DNA of 64,000 nt from an uncultured Alphaproteobacteria bacterium. GTDB taxonomy: Bacteria > Pseudomonadota > Alphaproteobacteria > RF32 > CAG-239. The first letter of the stretch is position 1. Every line of letters begins with the position of its first letter. The position numbers were made by a program, and so were the translations under genes. The notes beneath the pieces were generated by a model that did not search any database, was not told where the DNA came from, and saw only the letters and a program-made list of their open reading frames with translations. Positions 38,780 through 49,166 of this stretch are shown here, piece after piece. The stretch covers positions 4,932-68,931 of the forward strand of contig CASFSV010000007.1 of NCBI GenBank assembly GCA_949297415.1, read 5' to 3'.

Positions 38780-40426
38780 ATGTCATGGATTAATATTAAA
38801 GATTACCAATTTGAAAAAGATACATATATGAATGCGGCAAAAGTTGACGAAGAAATCTCATCGTTAAACCAACATAATATTGAAAAATTTAGTTTTGAAT
38901 TTCAAAATACTGTTGTTGATGATGTTTTGTTAAGAGAATATGCCAAAAGTCTTGCTGAACCAATACAACAAGGCGAATTTGTATATTGTGACAGCATTGA
39001 GCAACTTAAAGAATTTTGCCAACTGTTTATGATGAGACTATCAGATGTTTTTTTAAGATTAAGAAATCCTGATATTGAAAAAGTAGGCAGTTCTATCCAA
39101 AACTTAATAGCTCATTTTGATGAATATGTAAAAGAAACAGGAGATAATTATAAAACTTTCCAATCAGTAAAGGAATTTCTTATTAGCCTTCCATCTAAAG
39201 AAGAAGACCCTATAAGGGTTAGAGATGAATATTTAGATCAATATTACCCTTATTATGCTGATGCTCTCAAAGCATTCTTGTCCATTTTAGCGACAATATT
39301 CAACTATAATTTAAAACAGCCCAATTTACCACCTGAGGAGTTAAAGTTATACGAAAAAAGAGGATATAGTCGCAATTTTATAGCCAATGATGAACGCAAA
39401 TTAAAAACGTTTTTGGCTGATTTTGAGAAAGAATATTGTTTTGCAAAACAAGAGCCTTATTTAACTTTTGAAAATCCTTGTGTAGACATAGAGTTAAAAT
39501 CTCTGGGATTTAACAATTTATGCTTACATCTAAAAAATATGAAAATTGCTTCTGGGGATGAGAATGTTAGCTTATTTGCGTTTATTGATTATGTAGATAT
39601 CAGGACGGTAATTTTTGAAAATTGTTACTTCAGCGGAGCAGAATGCCTGTTTCTAAGAAGTAAATCTTTTATGTTCAAAAATTGTACTTTCAATTGCAAA
39701 CTTAATTATTGGGAAAGGGGGTTCGCTAGAAACTTTCAAACAATAATAAGTTTATTAAAATTTGAAAACTGTACATTCAATGATAACTTTGAGATTGATA
39801 AAATACAAAAGGGATGCTATTCAGCTATTATTTTGAGAAATTGTACTTTTTCAGAACAGGCAAATTTTTCGTTATCCAATATATCCAAATTGAAAATTAT
39901 TTTCAGCAATACTATTTTTGGTGGTAAGGTATCTTTTTCGGACATACACTTTCATTATGGACAGTTTTGTAATATCATATTCTTAAATGAATTTAGAGTT
40001 AAAAACATTACGTTTACTACTCATGTTGATTTTAAGCAGATTGTATTTTCAGCAAACGTTGTAAAAACTATGAGTAATTCTATCCGCTCATTTGTAAAAG
40101 CATTAGAAGATAATGGGTTTAATGATTATGCCGCAGAATTGGCTGAATTTTATTTAAACGATTTAAATAGTGCTAAAAAACAAGAAGAATTTGACATTGC
40201 TGCGCGTTCAAACTGGCTCAATATCAAGCAAACGGCAGCATTTTTAGGGATTTCATACGCCACCCTGCTCGCCATGCGCAAAGAAGATAAGGCCGACGGT
40301 ATCCGCCGCATTCCCTACATCGGCGAAGGCAAAAGCTCCCGCTACTATCTCCCCCTCCTCGAAGCCTACAAAAGCAGGGATATGGATTTGGTTAATAAAC
40401 TGGCAAAAAAAATAGAGGGGAAGTAA
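38780..40426 (+). CDS. chimeric protein: unknown N-domain + pentapeptide-like beta-helix repeats + C-terminal Xis/AlpA-type HTH
   Basis: Repeats of F(E/K)NCTF...F every ~20-25 aa (aa 285-430). C-terminus NIKQTAAFLGISYATLLAMRKED...IPYIGEGKSSRYY resembles excisionase/MerR-type HTH_17. Confidence 0.6.
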   Translation: MSWINIKDYQFEKDTYMNAAKVDEEISSLNQHNIEKFSFEFQNTVVDDVLLREYAKSLAEPIQQGEFVYCDSIEQLKEFCQLFMMRLSDVFLRLRNPDIEKVGSSIQNLIAHFDEYVKETGDNYKTFQSVKEFLISLPSKEEDPIRVRDEYLDQYYPYYADALKAFLSILATIFNYNLKQPNLPPEELKLYEKRGYSRNFIANDERKLKTFLADFEKEYCFAKQEPYLTFENPCVDIELKSLGFNNLCLHLKNMKIASGDENVSLFAFIDYVDIRTVIFENCYFSGAECLFLRSKSFMFKNCTFNCKLNYWERGFARNFQTIISLLKFENCTFNDNFEIDKIQKGCYSAIILRNCTFSEQANFSLSNISKLKIIFSNTIFGGKVSFSDIHFHYGQFCNIIFLNEFRVKNITFTTHVDFKQIVFSANVVKTMSNSIRSFVKALEDNGFNDYAAELAEFYLNDLNSAKKQEEFDIAARSNWLNIKQTAAFLGISYATLLAMRKEDKADGIRRIPYIGEGKSSRYYLPLLEAYKSRDMDLVNKLAKKIEGK

Positions 40427-40507
40427 AATCATTGTGGATTTAGCATTATGTCTCTAGTACTTTGAAATGTCTAATTATATACTGTTTCTATATAAAGGGA
40501 GACTAAC

Positions 40508-42013
40508 ATGCCACAAAAAATAAAAAAAACACTTACAATTCAAGAAATTGCTATTGCAAAAAAATTGCATGCCAATGGGAAAAATAATCAAGAAATAGTT
40601 GGTATTATAAACACTAAAAGAGCGAATCCTTCTTTACATATTAACAGTGGCAGAATTAGTGAGATTATTAACGGCCAAAAAGGTCAAGATATTCCTATAG
40701 CGACTGAAGACGAGCTACATGCATTTCTATCGTCATCCATTCCTCAAGAAGACACCTCTCCAATCTCTGAAAGTATCTTATTTCAGTTACTTAAAATCAA
40801 AAAAGGAACTATTAACTGTCTAGACATTGGAGAAAATGATACATTTGAATGCAAAGAGAATTTCAATACAGATATAAAATCTCTCATAAAACCATTAGTA
40901 TCATTTGCTAACAATAAGGGAGGTTATATTTTATATGGTGTTAAAGATGCTGTTTGGGAAATAATAGGGCTATCTGATAAAAAAATAGAGGCCTTTTCTA
41001 CTTGGGATCTAGAAAAATTAAGTGGAAGTCTTTTTGAATTTGCAGGATGTGGATTACGAATAGAAAAAACAACTTATGACATAGCGGGAAAAACAATAGG
41101 AGTTTTATATGTTTATAAAGCCTCTAAACGTCCTGTTATTATGAATAAACAAGATGGAGATATAGGAATTGGACAAATATACTATAGATATCCCGCCGCT
41201 AATAGACTTATTGGAAGTGTTGAACTTGGTGAAATAATTGAAGATCGCATAAACTCTATGATTTCAACTACTTTATCAAAACATATTGAAAACATAATTA
41301 AAAATGGCATAGAAAACACCGCAATATTAAATCTAAAAACTGGAGAAGTAGAAGGAAAATCCGGGAATTTTGTTATAGATGAAACATTATTATCTAAAAT
41401 TCAATTTATAAAAGAAGGAGAATTTGTAGAGAAAAAAGGGGCTCCGGCTTTAAAACTTATGGGGGATCTACATCCTATTACAACCTTAGCGGAAGTTGAG
41501 GTAGAAAAAGAAGTTGAAAAATCTATTACGATAAAAGGAGTAATAGAAGCGTTTGTAAAACAAACAGTAATTGCGGCTCCTATGGAATATATAAAAGCAA
41601 TAGCTTTAGATACTGGAAAATGGATTCCAATTTACTACTTCATAAAAGAAAGCAAAAAAAGTAGTGATGAAATAAAAGAGTATTTACTAGGATTAAAAAA
41701 GAGCGAAGGCAAAAATTATCCTCAAAAAACTATTGAGTTACTTGATTCTGACAAGATTCCGAATTTTGGAAGAAATAGTGAAAAGACTAAAATGAAAGAT
41801 ATAAAAGAAAAGACCATCATAATGATTAACAATAAAGAAGAAGCTCTTTCCTTTCTAGCTAGTGTTGGAATACTTACTAAAGACGATATAGATCTTAAAT
41901 ATTGCTTAAAGATTCTTCAGCAAATCATAAAGGACTTCTGGACAGATAAAGAAGTTCAATCCAAAACAAAATATTGTTGTGCCTATTTAGATCGATTATT
42001 TTTTAAACAATAA
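40508..42013 (+). CDS. HTH + AlbA_2 (Schlafen-like, divergent AAA) domain protein
   Basis: ENDTFECKENFN...LVSFANNKGGYILYGVKDAVWEIIGL matches the AlbA_2 putative DNA-binding domain core. N-terminal HTH-like segment. Confidence 0.6.
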   Translation: MPQKIKKTLTIQEIAIAKKLHANGKNNQEIVGIINTKRANPSLHINSGRISEIINGQKGQDIPIATEDELHAFLSSSIPQEDTSPISESILFQLLKIKKGTINCLDIGENDTFECKENFNTDIKSLIKPLVSFANNKGGYILYGVKDAVWEIIGLSDKKIEAFSTWDLEKLSGSLFEFAGCGLRIEKTTYDIAGKTIGVLYVYKASKRPVIMNKQDGDIGIGQIYYRYPAANRLIGSVELGEIIEDRINSMISTTLSKHIENIIKNGIENTAILNLKTGEVEGKSGNFVIDETLLSKIQFIKEGEFVEKKGAPALKLMGDLHPITTLAEVEVEKEVEKSITIKGVIEAFVKQTVIAAPMEYIKAIALDTGKWIPIYYFIKESKKSSDEIKEYLLGLKKSEGKNYPQKTIELLDSDKIPNFGRNSEKTKMKDIKEKTIIMINNKEEALSFLASVGILTKDDIDLKYCLKILQQIIKDFWTDKEVQSKTKYCCAYLDRLFFKQ

Positions 42014-42102
42014 TTAGTGAAAAAAATGATTTCTTAAGAGATTTTCAAGGTATTTTGAATAGGATAAAATAAGTTATATTAAATTTTGATTAGGCCTTAA
42101 GA

Positions 42103-44232
42103 ATGACTGTAAATAGAAATAACATTGATATATTATGGGATGATAATCCTATTGACATTACACAAGAAGCAAATTTTATATGGAGCATTGCCAATAAACT
42201 TCGAGGCTCATATATGCCGGATAAATACGGCGACGTTATCATTCCTATGACTATTGTAAGAAGATTAGAATGCGCACTAGTTGATACAAAAGCTAAAGTT
42301 ATTGCCAAATATAATGCTCAACATGATTATCCTGCACAAGCAATGTATAGGATTACAGGCTATCAATTTTATAATACCAGTGGTTTTGACTTGACAGAAC
42401 TATGTAATGACCCAGAACATATAGCATCAAATTTCAAATCATACATCTTGGGATTTTCATCCAATGTGCAAGATATTTTTGCTGAATTGGAGATGAATAA
42501 ACATATTGATAAAATGAATAAAGATGGGTGCTTATATCAAGTTGTTAAAGCCTTTTCAGAACTGGATTTAAGCCCGAAAACGTATGATAGTATAAAGATG
42601 GGCTACATTTTTGAAAATCTTATTGGAAGATTCTTTCAAAATGTGGATGCTGGTCAGTATTACACTGGTCGCGATATTATTAAAATGTGTGTTTCTGTGC
42701 TGATTTCCGAAGGTTGTGATGATATTTTTGATGATGGCAAAATTATTACGGTTTGCGACCAAGCCTGCGGAACTGGTGGTATGTTATCAACAGCATACAG
42801 TTATTTAAAGCATTATAACCCAACAGCAGATGTAAAACTGTTTGGACAAGAATTTATGGGCGTGTCTTATGCTGTTGGTCTGGCTGAAATGTTGATTAAA
42901 GGACAAAATGCGGATAATTTTAAGCATGCGGATACATTTAAGGAAGATTGCTTTCCGAATATGAAAATGCGTTTCCTGCTGGAAAATCCGCCCTTCGGAA
43001 CCCCGTGGTCTGGTAAAGATGCTAAAGCAGGACAGGAAGATGCCGTAAAAAAAGAATATGAAAAAGCACCATTAGGCAGATGGGGTGCAGGTTTGCCAAG
43101 TGGTGGCGATTCACAACTTTTGTTCTTGCAGTCAGCTATCTCCAAGATGGATGATAAGCTTGGCCGAGCAGCTATCATTGAAAATGGTTCGCCTTTATTC
43201 AGTGGTGGAACATCATCAGGGGAATCCCAAATCCGAAGATATTTGTTGGAACATGATTTAATTGAAGCAATTATACAGTTGCCAACAGATTTATTCTACA
43301 ACACGGGAATTACAACCTATGTGTGGATTTTATCAAAGAATAAGCGTTCTGAACGCAAGGGGAAGATTCAACTAATTGATGCTTCAAACATCTACCACAA
43401 GTTAAGAAAACCATTGGGTAATAAGAAAAATGAATTTTCTCCGGAGGATAGAGCAGAAATAACAAAACTATATACCAACTTTAAAGAAAATGAATTTTGT
43501 AAAATCTATAATAATGAAGAATTTTTATATAGAGAATATACTGTGATGCAGCCGCTACAAAGAAGTTATGCTATTACGCAAGAACGGATTGATGATTTGC
43601 TTTCCGATGGAACTTTGAGTTACCTTTATGATAAAAGCAAGGTCTATGAACTTGAAAACCAACCTGAACTTACTGGAAAAGATAAGAATAAATTAGATAA
43701 CTTCAAACAAAACAAGCCAATTTACGATACAATTATTCAAACTCTTCAAGATAATATCTCGGATAAAATTTGGATGAATCCAGAAACATTCACACCAGTA
43801 TTAACCAAGATATTAGAAAAAGCTTTGCACGATAGCATCGGTAAGAAAGATATAGAAAAGCTGGTAAAAGGCCTATCCAAAATGGATAAATCCGCCGATA
43901 TTCAAAGAGATAAAAAGGGAAATATTATTTATGATAAGGATAGCAAAGATATTGAAATTGTGAAATATCAAGAAAATATTTCAGATTATATAGCAAGAGA
44001 AGTTTTACCGCATTTGCCGGATGCTAAAGCTTTTTTTGAAGCAGAAGATGAAAATGCCATATTTGAAGAAGACTGCGGTCGCAAAATCATAAAAATTGGG
44101 GCGGAAATACCATTTACTCGCTATTTTTACAAATATCAGCAACCAACACCATCAGAAGAATTGAAAAAGAAGTTTTTAGAACTTGAAAATTCTGTTGATT
44201 CCAAGATTAAAAAACTATTCGGAGCAGCATAA
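42103..44232 (+). CDS. hsdM: Type I restriction-modification system methyltransferase subunit
   Basis: AdoMet motif VCDQACGTGGML and catalytic LLENPPFG. N-terminal HsdM_N-like IWSIANKLRG. Confidence 0.9.
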   Translation: MTVNRNNIDILWDDNPIDITQEANFIWSIANKLRGSYMPDKYGDVIIPMTIVRRLECALVDTKAKVIAKYNAQHDYPAQAMYRITGYQFYNTSGFDLTELCNDPEHIASNFKSYILGFSSNVQDIFAELEMNKHIDKMNKDGCLYQVVKAFSELDLSPKTYDSIKMGYIFENLIGRFFQNVDAGQYYTGRDIIKMCVSVLISEGCDDIFDDGKIITVCDQACGTGGMLSTAYSYLKHYNPTADVKLFGQEFMGVSYAVGLAEMLIKGQNADNFKHADTFKEDCFPNMKMRFLLENPPFGTPWSGKDAKAGQEDAVKKEYEKAPLGRWGAGLPSGGDSQLLFLQSAISKMDDKLGRAAIIENGSPLFSGGTSSGESQIRRYLLEHDLIEAIIQLPTDLFYNTGITTYVWILSKNKRSERKGKIQLIDASNIYHKLRKPLGNKKNEFSPEDRAEITKLYTNFKENEFCKIYNNEEFLYREYTVMQPLQRSYAITQERIDDLLSDGTLSYLYDKSKVYELENQPELTGKDKNKLDNFKQNKPIYDTIIQTLQDNISDKIWMNPETFTPVLTKILEKALHDSIGKKDIEKLVKGLSKMDKSADIQRDKKGNIIYDKDSKDIEIVKYQENISDYIAREVLPHLPDAKAFFEAEDENAIFEEDCGRKIIKIGAEIPFTRYFYKYQQPTPSEELKKKFLELENSVDSKIKKLFGAA

Positions 44233-44242
44233 GGAATAGCAG

Positions 44243-44887
44243 ATGGGTAATGATATGAAAAAAATAGGAAAAAATGCTGCTCTGGCACTATTAAGCCAAA
44301 TACCAATTGCATCTGCATTTAGTAAGTTTTTTGAAGATTTTGTGCAAGATGGTTGGCAAGAACGCATAGATTTATGGAAAGAAGAAGTGATAAAGCGTCT
44401 GTCTCAATTAGATGCTGAAATGGAACAAAAAATAAGAGAAACAACTAATTTTGCCAATATATTGGCATCAGCTCAAAGAGAGGCCTTGGAAGATATAGAA
44501 GAAAATAAAGTTTCTCTTTATGCAAATGCGGTTATAAATGCTATCAAAAATGAAAGTATTGATGACACAAAGAAACATATCTTTTTGAATATACTGCGTG
44601 ATTGCACATTGTTACATATTGAAGTACTTAAAGAGATTTCAAAATCAAAAGGTCCTATTGTTACAATTCGTCCTAATGGTTTCCACTCCGAAAATCCATT
44701 GTTTTTTGACTTGAAAATGAATTATAAGGATAAAGACCTTTTAGAGGCCATTATTAAAGGCTTGTCAGAACATCATTTGACTTATGTAGCCGTAGGGAAA
44801 ATTGGTGCAACTGAACCGACTATTATAACAGATTTAGGCAAAGAATTTTTAGCTTTCATTGCTGAACAGGAGAATAACGGTGACTAG
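44243..44887 (+). CDS. hypothetical helical protein embedded between hsdM and hsdS
   Basis: 214-aa ORF with AAGGAA RBS, 10 nt after the hsdM stop. Its stop overlaps or abuts the hsdS start. Contains one Rx5H string (RDCTLLH). No family confidently recognised. Confidence 0.6.
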   Translation: MGNDMKKIGKNAALALLSQIPIASAFSKFFEDFVQDGWQERIDLWKEEVIKRLSQLDAEMEQKIRETTNFANILASAQREALEDIEENKVSLYANAVINAIKNESIDDTKKHIFLNILRDCTLLHIEVLKEISKSKGPIVTIRPNGFHSENPLFFDLKMNYKDKDLLEAIIKGLSEHHLTYVAVGKIGATEPTIITDLGKEFLAFIAEQENNGD

Positions 44888-44891
44888 AGCG

Positions 44892-46160
44892 ATGAAAGAT
44901 AGTGGAATTGAGTGGATTGGTACTATTCCTGTGAACTGGAAAATTGAAAAAGGAAAATATTGCTTATCATATTTAGAAAAGCCTGTTAAACAAACAGATG
45001 AAGTTATTACTTGTTTCAGAGATGGTGAAGTAACACTTCGTAAAAATCGTAGAGAAGATGGATTTACGATATCTGATAAAGAAATCGGTTATCAGGGTAT
45101 TGATGCCGGGGACTTGGTAGTTCACGGAATGGATGGTTTTGCAGGTGCTATTGGTATTTCTGATTCAAGGGGGAAAGCATCTCCTGTTCTGAATGTTTTG
45201 GATACAAATCAAAACAAAACCTATATAATGTATTACTTGAGAAGTATGGCATATAACGGTGTGTTCCTTGCTTTAACAACTGGTATAAGAGTGAGAACAT
45301 GTGATACAAACTGGAGAAAATTAAAAGAATTGCCTTATCTTTTACCCGACAGAGAAGAACAGGATAAAATTGTTAATTGTATTAATCGGCAAGTATCTCA
45401 AACAAATGAGATAATTTTGGGCATCCAAGAACAGATAACCACATTGGAAGAATACAAGAAATCAGTTATTACCGAAGCTGTTACTAAAGGGCTTAATTCA
45501 AATGCCCCAATGAAAGACAGCGGTATTGAATGGATAGGCAAAATCCCTGCAAATTGGGAAATAAAGAGAACAAAATATCTAGCATCTTCAATAAGTAAAG
45601 GAAATGGTATTACTAAAGAAGATGTAAATAGTGATGGAAATATACAATGCATTAGATATGGAGAAATATACTCAAAGTATAAAAATTGCTTTTTGAATGC
45701 AATATCAGCAACCAATTTGAATAAAATATCCTCTCCAAAATATATATTTAAAGGTGATATATTATTTGCAGGAACAGGAGAATTAGTAGAAGAAATAGGC
45801 AAAAATATTGTTTATTTAGGAGATAAACCTTGTTTAGCAGGTGGAGATATTATCATATTAAGACATCATCAAAATTGTAAATTTTTGAATTATGCACTAT
45901 ACAGTTCTTATGCTCAATTACAAAAAAGTATAGGGAAAGCAAAGTTAAAGGTTGTTCACATATCTTCAACTGACATAGGAAATATATATGTCGCATTACC
46001 ATCTCCGACAGAACAGCAAGAAATTGCAGATTATCTTGATAGTCAATGCTCTCAAGTTGAGGAAGCTATTGCAGACAAACAAAAGCAGATTGAAACGCTT
46101 GAAGAATATAAGAAAACCTTAATTTATGAATATGTTACCGGTAAAAAGGAGGTTGCATAA
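44892..46160 (+). CDS. hsdS: Type I restriction-modification system specificity subunit
   Basis: Two target-recognition halves, each opening with MKDSGIEWIG.IP.NW.I. Conserved spacer helices ITTLEEYKKSVITEAVTKGL and IETLEEYKKTLIYEYVTGK. GTG 44880 is an alternative start. Confidence 0.9.
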   Translation: MKDSGIEWIGTIPVNWKIEKGKYCLSYLEKPVKQTDEVITCFRDGEVTLRKNRREDGFTISDKEIGYQGIDAGDLVVHGMDGFAGAIGISDSRGKASPVLNVLDTNQNKTYIMYYLRSMAYNGVFLALTTGIRVRTCDTNWRKLKELPYLLPDREEQDKIVNCINRQVSQTNEIILGIQEQITTLEEYKKSVITEAVTKGLNSNAPMKDSGIEWIGKIPANWEIKRTKYLASSISKGNGITKEDVNSDGNIQCIRYGEIYSKYKNCFLNAISATNLNKISSPKYIFKGDILFAGTGELVEEIGKNIVYLGDKPCLAGGDIIILRHHQNCKFLNYALYSSYAQLQKSIGKAKLKVVHISSTDIGNIYVALPSPTEQQEIADYLDSQCSQVEEAIADKQKQIETLEEYKKTLIYEYVTGKKEVA

Positions 46161-49132
46161 TGAATATTATCCAATCAGAGAAAGAGTATCAGGCATTTAT
46201 TTTAGATTATTTGCATAAGCAAAATGGTTATGTAATCCGCAAAAATGCTAACTTTGATAGATATAACGCTATGGATAAAGAGTTGTTGTTCAAGTTTTTG
46301 AGCGATACGCAACCAAAGCAAATGGAAACATTAAGAAAAATCTACAAATCTGATTTGGAGAATACCCTTATCAATTATATCAATAGCGAAATAAGCAAAC
46401 CAAAGAGTAGCTTATTATCTGTATTAAAGCACGGTATTGACATTGCAAACAGTGTCCATTTAGATTTTATGTTCACGAAACCTGCAACAAATTTTAATAA
46501 AGAAGCAACCAAGCAGTATGAGCAAAATATCTTCTCGGCAGCTGAAGAAATATGGGCAAATGATAAGGAAAGAGTTGATGTTGTTATCTTCTTAAATGGT
46601 TTTGCGATTATGTCCTTTGAATTAAAGTGCAATCATGCCGGACAATCTTATCAAGATGCTATCTATCAATATCGCACCGAAAGAACACCTACCAATCGCC
46701 TATTCTTATTCAAAAGTGGATGTTTGGTAAATTTTGCCATGGACTTAGAACGGGTCTATATGACTACAAAACTAGAAGGAGAATCGACATTTTTCTTACC
46801 ATTTAATATGGGAAATGGCGAAGGTGTTAATGCTGGTGCAGGAAACCCGATATTGGAAGACAAATATAGCGTTTCATATATGTGGGAAGATGTTTTACAA
46901 AAAGATTCTATTTTGGAGCTTATAAGCAAATTTATTCTCCTTGAAGTAAAAGAAAAAGAAGATGAAAATACAGGAAAGAAATCTATTAAAGAAAACATTA
47001 TCTTTCCAAGATTTCATCAGAGAGATGTATTGCATAAGGTTTTGAATGATGTTAGGGAAAACGGAACATCGCAAAACTATCTCATTCAACACAGTGCTGG
47101 TTCTGGCAAAACCTATTCTATTGCTTGGTTAGCACATCGTTTAGCTTCTCTGCATGATGAACAAAACAAAATTATTTTTGATAATATTGTGATTATTACG
47201 GATAGAATTGTTGTCGATAGACAATTACAAGATGCTGTAAAAAGCATTGAACACAAGTCAGGCGTTATTAGAGTTATGGATGATAAATGCAATTCATCAG
47301 ACCTTGCAACAGCTTTGAAGGGTAATACTAAGATTATTGCAACAACAATTCAAAAATTCCCTTATATTGTCAGCGAAGTTTCTAACTTAAAAAAGAAAAA
47401 GTTTGCCGTTATTATTGATGAAGCACATTCTTCTACGGCAGGTAAAGATATGATAGCCGTATCAAAGACTTTAGGTGCAGGTGAAATTCAGGACGAAGTA
47501 TCTACAGAAGATTTGATTGTAGAAGAAATCAATAAACACGGAAAACAAGTCAACGTTTCAGTATTTGCTTTTACAGCCACCCCAAAACCAACAACTCTGA
47601 ACTTGTTTGGTAGGGTTAATAGTAAGGGACAAAGAGAAGCTTTCCATATCTATTCTATGAAACAGGCCATAGAAGAAGGTTTTATTTTGGATGTTTTACA
47701 AAACTATACCACTTATGACACATATTATCGCTTGAACAAAGAAATTAAAGATGACCCAAAATGTAAAACAAATGCTGCAAAACGACAAATTGCTCGTTTT
47801 GTTGAATTACATGAAACTAACATCGCTCAAAGAATTGAAGTTATTGTGGAGCATTTCAGAACAACTGTTATGCAGGAACTCAATGGCAGAGCAAAGGCTA
47901 TGGTTATTACAGCTTCCAGAGAAGGTGCTGTAAAGTATTGCCAAGCATTTAAGAACTATATAAGCAAAAAGGGATATGAAGGTATTGATGCTTTGGTCGC
48001 ATTCTCAGGCAAAGTTACAATGCGAGAAGATGGAAAAGAATATACAGAAGCAGGAATGAACGGTTTTAGCGAAGACAAATTACCTAAAGAGTTTGAAAAA
48101 GATGATTATAAGGTTTTGTTAGTTGCTAACAAGTATCAAACAGGGTTTGACCAACCAAAACTTTGTGCAATGTATATTTTAAAGACTTTGAAGGGAGTAA
48201 ATGCTGTTCAAACACTATCAAGATTAAACAGAATTTGTCCACCATATAACAAGCAAACCTTCATTTTGGATTTTGTAAACAGTTATAAGGATATGGAGGA
48301 TGCTTTCTCCAAATATTATACTGTTACGCTGCTGTCCAATTCCGTAACACCTAACCAAATTTATGACATTGAAGTAAAAATTGATGGGTTCTGCATTATT
48401 GATCCTTCCGACATTGAAGCTGCAAATGATTTACTCTATAAAGATAATATTACTGCAACAGACAAGAAAAAACTAACATTTATATTCCAAAAGACCAAGA
48501 AATTTATAGAACAAATGGATGATGAAAAGCAAAAAGAATTTGTAACAACCTTAAAAGGTTTTGTCAGATTTTATGAGTTTTTGTTACAAGTTACATGCTT
48601 TGAAGATAAAGAACTCCACAAAAAGTATAATTTTATTACCTGTTTGCTTTCTTACATCAATATTAAACATGCTGGTGGAGGATTTAATTTAGATGGGAAA
48701 ATTCAGGCTATGAACTTTGTTCAGAAGAAGACAGGCGAACACAAGAAGACCAATATCAAATCTAATCCTATTGTTACATTGCCAACTGCAGAAACGCTTG
48801 TTTTGCCGGAAGATAAAGTTCAAAAACTTTCTGAAATAATTGCTCAAATCAATAATATGACTGGTAAAAACTATGACAATGATGTTGCGGTTAAAGCAAT
48901 GCTTCAGATTAGGGACATTATGCTAAAATCGGACAAGTTGAAAACATCAGCCAAGAATAACACAGTAAAAAACTTTGAGTTGGCTTATTTTGATAATGTA
49001 AATGATGCTTTGATTGAAGGATTATCGCAAAACCAAGATTTCTTTACCTTATTGTTAAATAATGATAATATAAAGAAAGAAATTCTCGGTATTTTTGTCG
49101 ATGAAATTTATAATAGTTTAAATAAAGCATAA
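46160..49132 (+). CDS. hsdR: Type I restriction endonuclease subunit R
   Basis: 990 aa with HSAGSGKTYS Walker A, IIDEAHSS DEAH box, QTLSRLNR motif VI and an N-terminal nuclease region. ATG overlaps the hsdS stop (ATAATG). Confidence 0.9.
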   Translation: MNIIQSEKEYQAFILDYLHKQNGYVIRKNANFDRYNAMDKELLFKFLSDTQPKQMETLRKIYKSDLENTLINYINSEISKPKSSLLSVLKHGIDIANSVHLDFMFTKPATNFNKEATKQYEQNIFSAAEEIWANDKERVDVVIFLNGFAIMSFELKCNHAGQSYQDAIYQYRTERTPTNRLFLFKSGCLVNFAMDLERVYMTTKLEGESTFFLPFNMGNGEGVNAGAGNPILEDKYSVSYMWEDVLQKDSILELISKFILLEVKEKEDENTGKKSIKENIIFPRFHQRDVLHKVLNDVRENGTSQNYLIQHSAGSGKTYSIAWLAHRLASLHDEQNKIIFDNIVIITDRIVVDRQLQDAVKSIEHKSGVIRVMDDKCNSSDLATALKGNTKIIATTIQKFPYIVSEVSNLKKKKFAVIIDEAHSSTAGKDMIAVSKTLGAGEIQDEVSTEDLIVEEINKHGKQVNVSVFAFTATPKPTTLNLFGRVNSKGQREAFHIYSMKQAIEEGFILDVLQNYTTYDTYYRLNKEIKDDPKCKTNAAKRQIARFVELHETNIAQRIEVIVEHFRTTVMQELNGRAKAMVITASREGAVKYCQAFKNYISKKGYEGIDALVAFSGKVTMREDGKEYTEAGMNGFSEDKLPKEFEKDDYKVLLVANKYQTGFDQPKLCAMYILKTLKGVNAVQTLSRLNRICPPYNKQTFILDFVNSYKDMEDAFSKYYTVTLLSNSVTPNQIYDIEVKIDGFCIIDPSDIEAANDLLYKDNITATDKKKLTFIFQKTKKFIEQMDDEKQKEFVTTLKGFVRFYEFLLQVTCFEDKELHKKYNFITCLLSYINIKHAGGGFNLDGKIQAMNFVQKKTGEHKKTNIKSNPIVTLPTAETLVLPEDKVQKLSEIIAQINNMTGKNYDNDVAVKAMLQIRDIMLKSDKLKTSAKNNTVKNFELAYFDNVNDALIEGLSQNQDFFTLLLNNDNIKKEILGIFVDEIYNSLNKA

Positions 49133-49166
49133 TTAGGAAAAAGTATAAAAAAGAAAGGTACGCGAT

